DNA from: Octopus vulgaris
Lineage: Eukaryota
Direction of reading: 5' to 3'
Assembly: GCA_951406725.2 (NCBI GenBank)
Contig: OX597831.1
Span: 8,804,001 to 8,868,000, forward strand
Length of the DNA stretch: 64,000 nt
Both the position numbers and the translations under genes were made by a program. The first letter of the stretch is position 1, and the number at the start of each line of letters is the position of its first letter. The notes beneath the pieces are model-generated. The model saw nothing but the letters and a program-made list of their open reading frames with translations, was not told where the DNA came from and searched no databases. Below, piece after piece: positions 50,776-64,000 of this stretch.

Positions 50776-51093
50776 AAATGAAGACTCGCAGAGAGGGAAG
50801 AAAGAGAGAAAGAAGCACAGACAAAAGAAAAGCTGGGGGGGGGGGAGAGGGAGGGAGGAGGAGAGTGTGACAGGAGTATTATATTTGGAGTAATAACGAC
50901 TACACCCAAACGCTTACCCACTCACACATACCATTTTACACATACATACAGAATTAAATATTCGTACACAACACACTGAAAATGCAACAATTTATAATAA
51001 CATAACCACACACACACACACACATGCATGCGACTAGAATCATTTGGAAACAGATTTACTCTTACATAGAAAAGACAGATAACAATGTGTGTA

Positions 51094-51140
<47 letters not shown>

Positions 51141-51376
51141 GTGTGTGTATGGTGTGTGTCATAATAGCAAATGGGTAATAAGTAGATGTAATTAGAAATC
51201 GCGATATTACTTTTTCAAATAATAGATTCTCCATTTTAAATTGTCTTCCGCAAATCCATATAACGCTTTATCGTAATGTTTTAAACTCTGTTTTTATGCT
51301 TATTCCCATCTGACTGACTAATTCGCTTTCGTAACTGGCGCCTATCAGTTAAAGTATCTATTAAATACATACATGT

Positions 51377-51431
<55 letters not shown>

Positions 51432-51462
51432 TATACACACACACATACACACACACACACAC

Positions 51463-51511
<49 letters not shown>

Positions 51512-52254
51512 GTACATACACACACACCTATATATTATATATTATATAATTATATAAGTATTATCTGCATAATATACTTATATATATATATATAAATATG
51601 TATGTATATACACACACATATATCTTTATATATTCATACATACATATATACACACGTAAATACACCTGATGAAATAGCTGCTGCAAGAAATTGCTACATT
51701 TGCTCTTTAATATCACACATAAATATTTATTTAATATTGGATTGATACTTAGTATATGGAACGATAAGCTCTGAGAATGTTTGGTTATATTTCGTAACCT
51801 GAAGGAAGATAAAACATATTCTGTTGCGTTATGGTTGCAGGCAAGTGAATTTTTATTTATTTATTAATTTATTTATTTATGTATTTAATTATTGGTCTTA
51901 TTCTGGAGTCGAAGTATGGCTCGAAAACCATGAGAAATATGGAAATAATATTCATGGTTTTTCTGTATATTCGAAAATGTCTTTTAGATTTGTTGCTAAC
52001 GAATCTGTGATAAAAATAAAGGCCAAACAGAAATGGCTTGGAAAGCTCCTTGCCTATCTGAAGATAAACGCTTAACGTAGATTAACGCCGCTCGCTTCCT
52101 TACACAGGGCACATCACATAATCGAATCAGAGGGGGCTACAGAAATTTGCGATGCAATTTTAGCTAATCTAAATGGCCCTGGTTTCCGTACTGAATCAAG
52201 GCTTCCCATTCGAGAAGAAGGCAGAGTAGCTCGTTATGATTAGTATTATTATTA

Positions 52255-52640
52255 AGGCAGCGAGTTGGCAGGATCGATAGCACAACAGGCAAAATGCTTT
52301 GCGGCGTTTCGTCTGACGTTACGTTCTCAGATCGAATTCCATCGAAGCTGACTTTGCTTTTATGCAATCGGGGACGATAAGATAAATACCATTTGAACAG
52401 TGGGGTCGATGTAACCGATTCACCCACTCCCTGAAACTTACTGGCCTGTGCCAAAATTTGATACCATTATTATTATTAACATGGCGAGCTAGCAGAATCA
52501 TTAGGACGCCGAGGAAAATGCTTAGCAGCACCTCACCTGTCTTTACGTCCTGAGCTCAAATTTCGACAGGTCGACTCCTCGGCTGCATGTAATTGAATTT
52601 TATCTTCTTTCAAAAACTTTGGGCCCTGTGCTGAGATGGA
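52255..52640 (+). mobile_element. Two tandem diverged SINE-C-related copies
   Basis: GGCAGCGAGTTGGCAGGATCG... and GGCGAGCTAGCAGAATCATTAGGACGCC... heads. Confidence 0.7.
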
Positions 52641-52660
52641 CTCCATTATTATTATTATTA

Positions 52661-52724
<64 letters not shown>

Positions 52725-53332
52725 GAGAGAGCAGTGCATGCCATCAAAGTGACACTGGGGTAAAATATACGAAGCCCAGTATACCCATCATGACTACACT
52801 AGGCACATGCATCACAACCAAATGTGCGCAACATGGTGATCTCATACCAAGATAAACAGCACATGACCTTGCAGGTGGGGCCCAGTTAGAATTTTCTTCT
52901 GGTTGAATAGCCCATCCTGCTCAAAAGGTCCCTGAATAAGGATTGTTTAAGGATGTTGAACGAAACACCCATGTTGCCAGAGGTGAATCATTCAAACCCC
53001 AAAGAATCCCTCCCAACACACGGCTATGATGCTCTCCCTCTACTTCTGCTTGTGATCAGAGATGCACATATCGTCAGCCACTAAGGGACATACTCAGCTT
53101 GTTAAGGTCAAACAACTGATAAGCAAATCTGTGGTATTGAGCAGAATATTTGCTGGGCCCCACCTGCAGGGTCATGCGCTGTTTATCTTGATACAAGGTC
53201 ACCATATCGCGCACATATGGTTGTGATGCATGTGCCTGATGTACTCTTATCAAACGGGTAGTCATGATGGGTATATTGGGCTCCGTATATTACCCCAGTG
53301 CCACTTTGATGGCATGCACTGCTCTTTCACTC
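52725..53332. repeat. Long inverted repeat (arms 52725-52885 and 53153-53332) with outward-facing (AAT)n tails
   Basis: GAGCAGTGCATGCCATCAAAGTG...GCAGGTGGGGCCCAG versus CTGGGCCCCACCTGCA...CACTTTGATGGCATGCACTGCTC. Confidence 0.9.
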
Positions 53333-53890
53333 AATAATAATAATAATAATAATAATGATAATCGCTTCTGTTAAAGGCACGAAGCCTGAAATTTGGGGGT
53401 GGCGGTGGGGACTAGTCGATTATATCGACCCCAGTCTTTCACTGATACTTAATTCATCGACCCTGAAAGGTAAAATCGCACATTTTAGTACAAGGTTAGC
53501 AATTTTTAGAGCAGAGGCGGTCGACCCCATCGACCCCATCGACCTAGAGCTTGTCTGGTACATATCATATCCACCCCAATTGTGTCAAAAGTTAAGGTTG
53601 ACCACGGTCAACTTTTGCCTTTCCTCCACTTCTCTGTTTAATAAAAGAAATTAATCGTGAGATATTGGGGTCGCTGTAATCGACATCTCCCCTCCCACAA
53701 TGTTGCTGGCCTTGTGTCAAAATTTTGTAAGAATTATTATTTGCTTTAAGAAGTCTTGGAGAATAATTCTTCTTATTCTTTGTAAATAACTGAAAAGATG
53801 TGCGTCTTGAAGTGTAACTGAAGAATAAAAGAAAGCATTTATTAAAATTTTTTTCTCTCGTGAACTCTTCCAGAACGGTAACAGATATAT

Positions 53891-53933
<43 letters not shown>

Positions 53934-53948
53934 GAAGAGGGAGAGAGA

Positions 53949-53988
<40 letters not shown>

Positions 53989-54539
53989 AAGGAAAAAACG
54001 GTTATTTGTTTTTCAGATATATTGAATATTAATTTATTTCTTATATTTTAAAAGTTGCAGTTATTTTCAGTATTAACTTTTATTTAACTTTTGTCTAGAA
54101 GTGGTTCCCACTAGCTACAAAGTCACCGAAAGTAAATGGAATGTAAAAACAGTGTAAGAAAACAAATCAAGGAAAAATAAGATAAAATGAAAAAAAAAGC
54201 AAAGCTAATTTTTTAATCATACAGTAAAACGTAAACATTTTATAAGGAGAAACAAATAATGTTTTTGACAGAAAACATTAATATTGAATTAGACATTCAT
54301 AACGATAAGGAAAACAACAACTATAAACAAAAACAAAAACACACACTCGCATGAAAATTCATAGAACAAATGAACAAAGGAAAAATAATAACAGTTTTGC
54401 TTTTGTCTGTGCTGCTAACTTTATGCAAATTTTTGAATATGAGTAGACCTTTCGGCGCATCATTCTCTTCGCAACATTTTGTAAAATTTTCTTTGCCAAA
54501 TTTTCTTTTTGAAGAATGAAAATCTAAGGGACCTTTTTG

Positions 54540-55820
54540 TGAATCGTCAAATGTGTAACCGGTTTCTTCATATTCTCAAAGGAACAAGCAACAGAAGATC
54601 TGGTTGAAATGGGAAAGGATATGTGATCCGTAGAGAAAATATAAGGAATCTGTGTTGATACGTTGCATACCTGGCCAGAGAATGGTGCTATAGTGCTTGG
54701 ATCAAAGAAACACAGGGTTTTAAAATCAATTGATAACATCATTGATGCATTGGTTTATCGTCACCTCTGTGAAACATTTCGGGAAATTAGTGAGGGCAGA
54801 GAACTGGCCTTGTATGTCATATGATAGGTTTCCCGAGGTTTCATTGAACATGCATGCTATAACGATCAGAGAAGATCACAGAAACAAACCGGAACGGTGT
54901 TGCGGCGTGTGTGAAGAACAATAGACCGGGACTAGTGGGGAAAGATGTTCTAGACATAATGTGCGTGAAAATAAGGCCATCTAAGAGTTTCTTGTTCAGA
55001 AAAGTTACAGAAGTGGATTAAAGGAAAAAATCTGATTCAGCAGAAACATCGGCAAGTTCCACATGTTGCTACTTCAAGATGAACTGCAAGTTGCACCACA
55101 TTTTGCAGGTCCGAAAGAGCCGACGAAAACACTCATTTGGTCATCAGAACTGGTAGACTTTAGTAGGTATCCCCCCTACCCTCCCACAACCAGTACTTAT
55201 TTCTTTACTACCCACAAGGGGCTAAACACAGAGGGGACAAACAACGACAGACAAACGGATTACATCGACCCCAGTGCGTAACTGATACTTATTTAATCGA
55301 CCCAGAAAGGATGAAAGGCAAAGTCGACCTCGGCGGAATTTGAACTCAGAACGTAACGGTAGACGAAATACGGCTACGCATTTCGCCCGGCGTGCTAGCG
55401 TTTCTGCCAGCTCGCCGCCTTCGCCCACAACTAATACTGCCATTCTGTTATATTTGGACCACGAGAATATCAGAAAAAAACCCACAGAGGTGAGGCAAGT
55501 TGCTGAGTATGTTGGAAATGTCAGGAAAATAAATAAGACCCAAAAAAGAGAAGTCCTTCTCTTGAGAATTATCCAGAATAGGTGAGCAGAGTACAACTGC
55601 AACGAGATATAATTGGACATAGCTAAGAAGAGTACCTCGTCCTGAGAAACTGAGACATTCAATCAAGGAACTGCTGGACTTCATAAGCGAAAATCTGTAG
55701 AAAAATCGGATAGAGAAGGTACTGGTTCGTGAATAAATGAGGGTATTCTGGAGGGAAAAATTTAACATTGAAATACAGTAACGTAAAAGAAGGAAGCTGT
55801 AAAGCGAAAAAGCGTACATT
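54540..55820 (+). mobile_element. Possible highly decayed L1/Tx1-type ORF2 remnant, interrupted by SINE-C
   Basis: KWERICDP resembles the L1/Tx1 W..IC.PK..GGLG motif; weak. Confidence 0.3.
55198..55421 (-). mobile_element. SINE family C, full length, about 15-bp TSD
   Basis: CCCACAAC(CAG/TAA)TACT at 55183-55197 and 55424-55438. Confidence 0.9.
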
Positions 55821-56034
55821 TCTACGTAAATTCTCCTTGGTTCAAATGTGAACCCAATTTGTTTATGAGGTGATTAAGAGTACGAACCGCAATGGAAAGA
55901 GATGTTTCATTTTAGTATATCATAAAGTGGATGTACTGAGTAAGAAGATTAAATCAGAATACGATTTAGTTCTATACAAAAATTGCAAAAAGACAAAATG
56001 AGAGACATTCAGGAAACTTAATCAGCAACGACAG

Positions 56035-56383
56035 GAGGCGCAATGGCCCAGTGGTTAGGGCAGCGGACTCGCTGTCGGAGGATCGTGGTTTCGATTCCCA
56101 GACCGGGCGTTGTGTGTGTTTATTGAGCGAAAACACCTAAAGCTCCTCGAGGTTCCGGCAGGGGGTAGGGTGACGACCCCTGTTGTACTCTTTCGCCCCA
56201 ACTTTCTCTCACTCTTTCTTCCTGTTTCTTGTTCCCGACTTCCTACGCAACCGCTGAGCCTGGATGCGCATTCATCCATCCGTCGATGCTCTCGGTGTTG
56301 GGGGTTGACTTGCTTTCTCTTCTGCGGGTCTTACGAATAGCAAAGGACCACGTTTTGGACTTCTCCCAAATGCTCAACAAACA
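56035..56383 (+). mobile_element. SINE family A, tail 3, 15-bp TSD
   Basis: GAGGCGCAATGGCCCAGTGGTTAGGGCAGCGGACTCG...GGTTTCGATTCCC; TSD AATCAGCAACG(A/T)CAG at 56020-56034 and 56384-56398; tail ends (CAAA)n. Confidence 0.9.
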
Positions 56384-57133
56384 AATCAGCAACGTCAGTA
56401 ATTTTGATTTAAAAACTCGGATCGTTAAAAATTTATAACTTTTAACTTCCAAGATTTTACTCTATACTTAAACCCCTCTTTATATCAAATTCTTGTAAGA
56501 TTTTCGATTTTATAAACTGTATAAAATATATCGGTAGAATGATTTCCGATATAATCTTAACAGAAGAAATACTTATACTCAAATGCCTACATATTGTGTC
56601 ATGTTTTGCGTAAACCACAAAATATAGAGCAGAGGTCACTTTCACGAATACCAACATCAATAATACACAAAGGGTTCACAGAGATGACCGAAGGAAGGTT
56701 TGAAAAAGGGATTACGATCATGCTTCCGGATTTAGACGCATTGAAAAGGGAAATGGGAATACGTTATAAAATTTCATCTAACAATTTATTTATAAATGCT
56801 ATTTATTTATTATAGATTAAAGATATTGAATTTACCCGAAGATAGTCTCTAAAATCTTAGGTATTCAAAACAGTGTATTTGCTCATCAAGTGTGAACAAG
56901 AGTCAGTCAATGTCCAGTACTTGGATTTTATAGAAATATCACGTGAATGAAGAATATATATGCAAATTCATATATGTTATATAAACCAATACGAAAAGAT
57001 TCTCTCTCTCTCTCTCTCTCCCTCACACGCACACAATGTAGTTACACCCACCTGTGCTTCACAAAGTATATCTTCGTTTTATTATTCACTTAAAGTACTA
57101 AACGAATCATTCAAACTCAAAGGGTGTTGATTA

Positions 57134-58880
57134 CACTGTACAACAACTTTCAGGGTTAAGGAAAAAAAACACAGTTCTCATGTACATTTTATTATGAAGT
57201 TGATTGTGCTAAATTCGAATTTCATTACAAAAATTTCCCATCGCGTCACATTTTCTTGTAAATTACCGACTTAATAATTCCGCAATTTATGCCAATTTCC
57301 ACGATACCATAAATATATTTTGCTCCCAATGTAAGATTAAACATGTCCATTGTAATTAATTCATAGATATATAATGAATCGGATTGTTTGTTAGCATTAT
57401 ATAATGTATTAACCTACATTTTAGTATTTGCTTCTTCGTTTATAAGACGTCTCAAGTGTGTTACGCTTCGGGTTCCAGCAGAAGTCAGCCAGCGTAGCTG
57501 AGCTCCATTTTCTCTTGTACCTGTTTTCCATTGACGCTATATCGTGATGGAATCTCTCTCATTGTTTATCTCACACATCTCCTGCATTCTCTGGGAGAAG
57601 AACAGCTGAGAATGAAGAAAGTGCATCTTCAGTGGCATATTGCATCCGAGATCTTGGGAGCACTTGATTAGGCTCTCCATTATACTCTCTCGCTTGGCTA
57701 CTTGTTGCTTTCCCAGAAATCCTGTGCATACATCTTTGAATGTATACGAGGGCACTGGATCAGATTCATCCATTGTCGCCTCTAAGTCCTCATCAGCTAT
57801 AAGTTGACTAATCTGAGAGCCTTCGAATATGCCCTCTTTAATTTTGGCATCACTTATTTTAGGGAGGCTCGTCTTGAGGTACTGGAAACATGGCTCCTTA
57901 TGTTGCTACGCTTTGGGAAATAGCTTCATTTAGGCCTAGTTTTATATGCAGTGGTGGCAAAATGATTTTCTCCTTCTTAACTAGTGGCTCATGATTTACA
58001 TTATGGCATCCGGGCAACATAGTTTCCCGAGATGGCCATTCTGAACGTACATAATGTTCTGATCTGGCCTTAATGTCACATAAACTCCGTGTATCCAGTT
58101 TGTAGCCCATTAAGTAGGGCTACTACTTTCAGGTCCGTACAAATTAGCCGCTCATATCCCTTGAAAGCGAGGTTCTCATATGTCTCCCTTAAAATGACTG
58201 AGTGATCAATTGGAACTAAAGGCATGGTGTTCCCAACGTGCAACAGAATCGCTTTTCGGCTGTAAAGGTATGCCTCTATGAATAACCTCCACGCATTTGC
58301 TCATAGATCAGCACAAGGGCATTGAATATGTATCTGATATCATTACAATAAGTCAAGTTGTTTTCGAAAGTGAAGGATTGCTGTAGATCTGCAGGACGCT
58401 TCATATATATACTGAAATTCGAGCATCTTTATCCAACAAGTTCCATTGTTTCAGACATGTGGCCAGGACTTCACTCTATTGCTTAGTAAGGGTTAGCTCA
58501 CGAACTAGATCATTGAGTTCAGTTTGGATGAATAGGTGTGGTTTCTTGTCAGATTTACCACGGATTTGGGCCCATATAACTATAAAAGTATTGAGTGTAT
58601 TTTTATGATTTTCATAGGACAGGTTGACAAATACCGTAGAAACACTCCGTTCAAATTATATCAAAATTCATTCTTAACTCTTAGAGTTATCACTTTTGGC
58701 TCAATCCTTTTTGCACTCAATTCTTACGGAACCGTTAGTGTATTTAACGTTAGTCTGATAGTAATTTACGAGAAACTGGAGGGTCACAGAAAAAAAGGAT
58801 CTTATATTTGTGACCTACACACAAAATACCATTAGGAAAGGTTATTCTTATTTCCTTTGTTTTTTCATTGTTATACAGTG
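57134..58880 (-). mobile_element. Chapaev3-type DNA transposon, internally deleted, with TIRs and 3-bp TSD
   Basis: TIRs CACTGTA(C/T)AACAA, TSD TTA at 57131-57133 and 58881-58883; pseudogenised transposase PHLFIQTELNDLVREL...WNLL, WRLFI, ILPPLHIKLGL, AKIKEGIF, GCNMPLKMHFLHS, LADFCW. Confidence 0.85.
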
Positions 58881-59450
58881 TTATAGTCAAATATGGGAGA
58901 AATAAAAGGAAAACAAATATATGTATGTATATGTATGCGTGATGTGTGTTTGTATAATGTGAATAAGTATATATTTATATATGTATATATGAACATATTT
59001 ACATATGTATGTATGTGTGTGTGTATTTGTAGATCACATATAATGTGACGCACATAATTTTGCCTTACTCTCGAATTATAGCACGCAAATAAAACTTAGG
59101 ATTCTCTGCAGCTGATGGTGAATAATTGATAAACATGTTTTGTTTGAAAATTCGTTTGGAGCGCTTACGTCACGTCTCAACAGCGAAGCCTACGAAAAAT
59201 ATGTTTATATCTTGAGAAAGATAAACGATTGCAAGACGGTACTCGTGGAAAGTCATTTTTATAATAGTTCCGTCTTTGACCGCTGAAAGCTGACAATATA
59301 GTTACTAGTGTAGACATGTTTTTAATCTCAGACACCGCTGGTTGTATCGTCACTTTGCAGTTGCTCTCAATAAATTACTGCGAGTCTTCAACGCTATACA
59401 GCACCTCGTAATATCATGCTACAGAGACTACTAATATATATATATTGCAA

Positions 59451-59681
59451 GGCAGCGAGCTGGCAGAATCGTTAGCACGCCGGGTGAAATGCCTAGCAGT
59501 ATTTCGTCTGCCGTTACGTTCTGAGTTCAAATTCCGCCGAGGTCGACTTTGCCTTTCATCCTTTCGGGGTCGATAAATTAAGTACCAGTTACGCACTGGG
59601 GTCGATGTAATCTACTTAATCCGTTTGTCTGTCTTTGTTTGTCCTCTCTGTGTTTAGCCCCTTGTGGGTAGTAAAGAAATA
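59451..59681 (+). mobile_element. SINE family C, full length, young
   Basis: Complete head, central GCCTTTCATCCTTTCGGGGTCGATAAATTAAGTACCAG, tail CCCCTTGTGGGTAGTAAAGAAATA. Confidence 0.9.
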
Positions 59682-59766
59682 TATATATATTATATATAAA
59701 TCTACTACTAATATAGGATGAAATTTTTTATCTTGACTATTGAGTAATTGTAACATATTATTTTAC

Positions 59767-59817
<51 letters not shown>

Positions 59818-59959
59818 TACATACATACATATATATATGTATATATATACATACATACATATATATATGTATATATATATATACATACATATATATATGT
59901 ATATATATATACATACATATATATATGTATATATATATATACACACACTCACACACACA

Positions 59960-60024
<65 letters not shown>

Positions 60025-60585
60025 CAACATTAGTAGGCTGTGTCGTATACTCACAAATATAGTGAATACTTTTTATTTTTATGTACTTCCTGCTTTTTTA
60101 ATTGGTTAGTCCCTTTGATGAAAGTATGACGCATCTTTCCGACGTATATTTTTCCATAATGTTACCCAATTGGTTAGCGAGAAAATGCTTGGATATATTT
60201 TTAAGGCAGTCTAGAGCACTGTGATGTTAGTTTTGTCAGGGTATTATGTACCGATCCATATTTATATATGCTGAAAATAATTCCCCTGCATTAAGCGAGA
60301 ATGTGTAGCGGGTCTTGTTTATGGGTTTATATTCAAAATTTATTTGTGAAGTTTAAGTACCAATCAAATAATGTTTCGCATCGGAATTCATATAAAGTTG
60401 CCGTTTTCACCGAGCAGATTCTTAACTTCGGCGCTTTATGTGCATATATATGTTTATTGCGAATATATCATACCTGTCATTTTACATATAACAAGGTTGC
60501 TGTTATTTTCTCATGGAAAGAATGTTTGAGTTCCACATGAAGTAAGTTGTTTTTATCTTTCTTGTCAATATATATATATGTATAA

Positions 60586-60644
<59 letters not shown>

Positions 60645-60980
60645 GATAAGTTTATTATATCTTTCATTGGTGAGAGAATAATTCAAGAGTTTAAAAGCGA
60701 TGGTGATGCCATCATCAGCAAACAGCGAATATTATTAATGCCTGCTATAAAATGGCCGCAACACGCATCAGCAGAAGAGAGTCCGTTTAGAGTTTAGAAA
60801 CATTGATAGAACTAACAACTTTACAGTTCCCAGTAAACTGTAAATCGCTCACGAGGAAATATGACCAAAAAAACATCCCTAATATAAAGATGAACAAAGA
60901 TACGTATTCTAGGAACGCAAACACAGGTTCAGAACATACGTTGGTGTAATATATATCGACTTATGTATTTATGTGAGTGT

Positions 60981-61012
<32 letters not shown>

Positions 61013-61165
61013 TCGTTTTCTGTCAAATGTAAACGATTTAGCATTAATCTAAAGGATTACTCAATACTTTATAGTAGCATATATATTCAAAGTTTGACTG
61101 GGACGTCGAAGCTTTCGTTTGCTGGATTGTATCCTTTAATCACAGTATTCTCTCTCTCTCACTCT

Positions 61166-61219
<54 letters not shown>

Positions 61220-61252
61220 TAGATATATAGATATATATAGATATATATACAT

Positions 61253-61686
61253 ACTCTTTACTCTTTTACCTGTTTCAGTCATTTGACTGTGGCCATGCTG
61301 GAGCACCACCTTTAGTCGAGCAAATCGACCCCAGGACTTATTCTTTGTAAGCCTAGTACTTATTACATCGGTCTATTTTTGCCGAACCGCTAAGTTACGG
61401 GGACGTAAACACACCAGCATCGGTTGTCAAGCGATGTTGGGGAGACAAGCACAGGCACACAAACACAATATATATATATATATTTACTTTTTCCAGTATA
61501 TATATATATATATATACATATACGACGGGCTTCTTTCACTTTCCGTCTACCAAATCCACTCACAAGGCTTTGGTCGGCCCAAGGATGTAGTAGAAGACAC
61601 TTGCCCAAGGTGCCACGCAGTGGGACTGAACCCGAAACCATATGGTTGGTAAGCAAGCGACTTACCACACAGCCACTCCTGCGCCA
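61253..61686 (-). mobile_element. SINE family B, full length
   Basis: Reverse complement of the family B consensus, including the tandem tail. Confidence 0.9.
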
Positions 61687-61714
61687 TATATATATATATA
61701 TATATGGTGTTTTA

Positions 61715-61763
61715 AATTTATTTCACGGACTCCCTTTTGCGGATCCCAGATTGGGAACCACTG
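61715..61763 (-). mobile_element. hAT-like terminal fragment
   Basis: CAGTGGTTCCCAATCTGGG resembles Charlie/Buster-type hAT termini; no partner end seen. Confidence 0.35.
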
Positions 61764-62072
61764 GTTTAAATTCAACCGCTTCGCATACTGTCGATGATTC
61801 TTAGCCACTTTTGTCTTCCAAAAATTCTTTATATTTAATTTTAACACTTTTTGGGGCCCGTGATATAGTTGATTATATCGACCTCATTTCTGTTTTGCGT
61901 TACATATTTTATCGACTCTGAAAGTGAGAAATCACATTTGGCTCTCGATTGAATTCGAACCTAGAAGGCAAAGTGTCATACCGAAATGCTGGAATTCATT
62001 TTGTTGGATGCTCTACTAATTTTTCATCACTTGCATTCTAGAACCTATTTCCAATTGTTATATATATAGTTT

Positions 62073-62303
62073 TATTTATTTACTACCCACAAGGGGTTAA
62101 ACATAGAGGGGACAAACAAGGACAGACAAAGATATTAAGTCGATTACATCGACCCCAATGCGAAACTGGTATTTTATTTATCGACCCCGAAAGGATGAAA
62201 GGCAAAGTCGACCTCGGCGTAATTTGAACTCAGAACGTAACGACAGACGAAATACCGCTAAGCCTTTCTCCCGGCGCGCTAACGTTTCTGCCAGCTCGCC
62301 GCC
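62073..62303 (-). mobile_element. SINE family C, full length
   Basis: Reverse complement of 59451-59681. Confidence 0.9.
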
Positions 62304-63374
62304 AATTTACAATTGTAATATAATTCAAGTTAATTATAATGTTTTTTGTAAGTATTGTCCATCTTGAATTACAATATTGATTGTGTCCTTCGATGTTTAG
62401 ATGATGAGGCGAAATTTGACTAATTTTAGGCTGCTATTTCTGTCAACCGTTTCTAATTGCTTTCTATGTATCTGCTTGTCTTCTTGTATGTATCAATGTA
62501 TGAGTGAGTGAGTGTGGGTGTATGTGTGTGGGTGTGTGTGTGTGAGTGTGTGTGCGTGTGTGCGAGTGAGTGATTGTAGGTGTATGTGTGTGAGTGATTG
62601 TGAGGGGATGGGTTCATGCGAGTGTGTGAATATGTGTACTTTACGTGTTGAAAGTTTGCGTAGTTCTTAAGATATTTTCTTATTTACTTTTATTGGTTTC
62701 CTTTAAATCTTTAATTTTAATGAAGTCTTAATTGTAGAAATTTTTTTCTATAAATTAATTGGATTCCTAATTAGAAAGACAGTTAATGTTTTTGAAAAAG
62801 TGGGAGTAGAATCAATGAAGCCGGCATCTGTAATATTTCTTGTTAATGATTCTATCGACATTGGATATGAAACTTATAGCTGGCCAAAGCCAGTAGTGAT
62901 CTTGGAATTCTAAGACATTACTGTTTAGTTATATAAGTTCCAGCTTACATAGTTTCCTCTCAACCTGATAATGGTTTGAAAAGAGATCAATGTAAGGATT
63001 TCCCCCCCAATGCTGAACTCATCCTGGTCTTCGGAAAATTATTATCTAATAAATATTAATTGCTATCAAGGAGCCAGTCCTTCGTTTTCCAGCCGTGATA
63101 TACTACCATTGAAGATTTATAAATCCATATTGTGCCTTAATTCTGTGTTAGCAGTGCGATATTCTCATTTTAAAGTTTATCTCTACATATTTGCTATACA
63201 ATTCAGAGTCAGAGCCGTATTCGTATACGAAACGTCAGAACTTTCAGTGCTGACCCTGAAATCTATAGAAAATCTGGAAAGAAAAAATAATAAATATTAT
63301 CATATTGCTAACATCTGAAAGAATGTGTTTCTCTCCTATTCACCTTTGGTAAATGGAACCTTGGCCAGAGGAAT

Positions 63375-63690
63375 TTTGTGATCAGACGGTATTCAACAAT
63401 CATTGGATGTTTCCACGCTGAACTATAGCTCTCCTCCGCTAGTGGTGTTAATGCAATGGCGGCCATATTTATATCCTCCTGGCTGCCATGTTTGTCTCTT
63501 CTGTCTTCATTCCATAACTAACAAGAGATTCTTTGTAAAGCCTCTTCTATTCTTCACATAACCACCATTCTCCTCTTCCTCTTGTTCCATCGGTTGTACG
63601 CATTCTCCATACTGACTAGACAGGGAATCCTCTACAGGAAACTTCGACAAGAATTAGTCCTGCTTGCCATCCCTAATCTCTCTAATTCTC
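63375..63690 (-). mobile_element. HERO-like RLE LINE 3' remnant
   Basis: Minus strand VEVSCRGFPV*SVWRM resembles the VEVGCRGF C-terminal motif; followed by a GAAACATCCAATGA 3'UTR-like motif. Confidence 0.45.
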
Positions 63691-64000
63691 AAAAAGCTTC
63701 TGGTGCTAGTGGCTCCCATCCAAAGCCTTGATTACAGTATTTATCCCATGGGATTGTGAACTTGATCTAAAATCAAACGAGTTCAGTCAATTTGCTAAAA
63801 ATAGCAGTTATGTTGTCATCAAATCAATCTGATATCAACAGGAAAGTTGTAGAAATACCAAAATAGAAATCACTAAAGCACGGAATGATTACGCTGATCA
63901 GAGTTTACTTAAGACTAAACAATAGCAACAACAACAGCAGGAGCAACATCAATGATTCATTCTTCCTAGGCAAAGTTGTTTTCCCCCACTAATTAATTGA

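Noticed and set aside
51665-51700. CTGATGA...GAAA
   Set aside because: No stem II pairing between the core motifs.
56035-56110. tRNA gene candidates at SINE heads
   Set aside because: A and B boxes are present, but there is no closed acceptor stem and the heads run on into SINE bodies with TSDs.
47420-58550. Single split or domesticated transposase gene from the two Chapaev fragments
   Set aside because: The order is wrong for a minus-strand gene, the N-terminal piece lies outside the TIRs, and both pieces have stops or frameshifts.

Overview
AT-rich eukaryotic (animal) non-coding DNA, extremely dense in microsatellites and interspersed repeats. The SINE families and repeat style match what I recall of Octopus (coleoid cephalopod) genomes; this is inference, since no database search was possible. 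I found no intact host protein-coding gene, and nearly all ORF-track entries are microsatellite or TE artefacts. Content: four tRNA-derived SINE families (labelled A, B, C and E here); decayed LINEs (RTE, CR1/L2-group, L1/Tx1, R4/Dong-type RLE, HERO-like); a Penelope-like element (PLE) with RT-thumb and GIY-YIG remnants; Chapaev3-type DNA transposons, Helitron-like non-autonomous elements and a Tc2/pogo-like MITE. Most notable observations: (1) a PLE whose 3' region carries a tRNA-like Pol III promoter head; a separate short copy joins the same head to (AAT)n and a minimal hammerhead ribozyme module, suggesting a PLE-derived, ribozyme-bearing SINE-like system; (2) two further hammerhead-like families, one with a recurrent non-canonical CUGUNGA core; (3) two SINE-LINE 3'-tail matches visible inside the window (SINE-C with an L1/Tx1-like LINE, SINE-A with an RTE); (4) tail swapping in SINE-A and an A+C chimera flanked by a single TSD. 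Clade names come from motif recall and should be confirmed with Dfam/Repbase/HMM searches.
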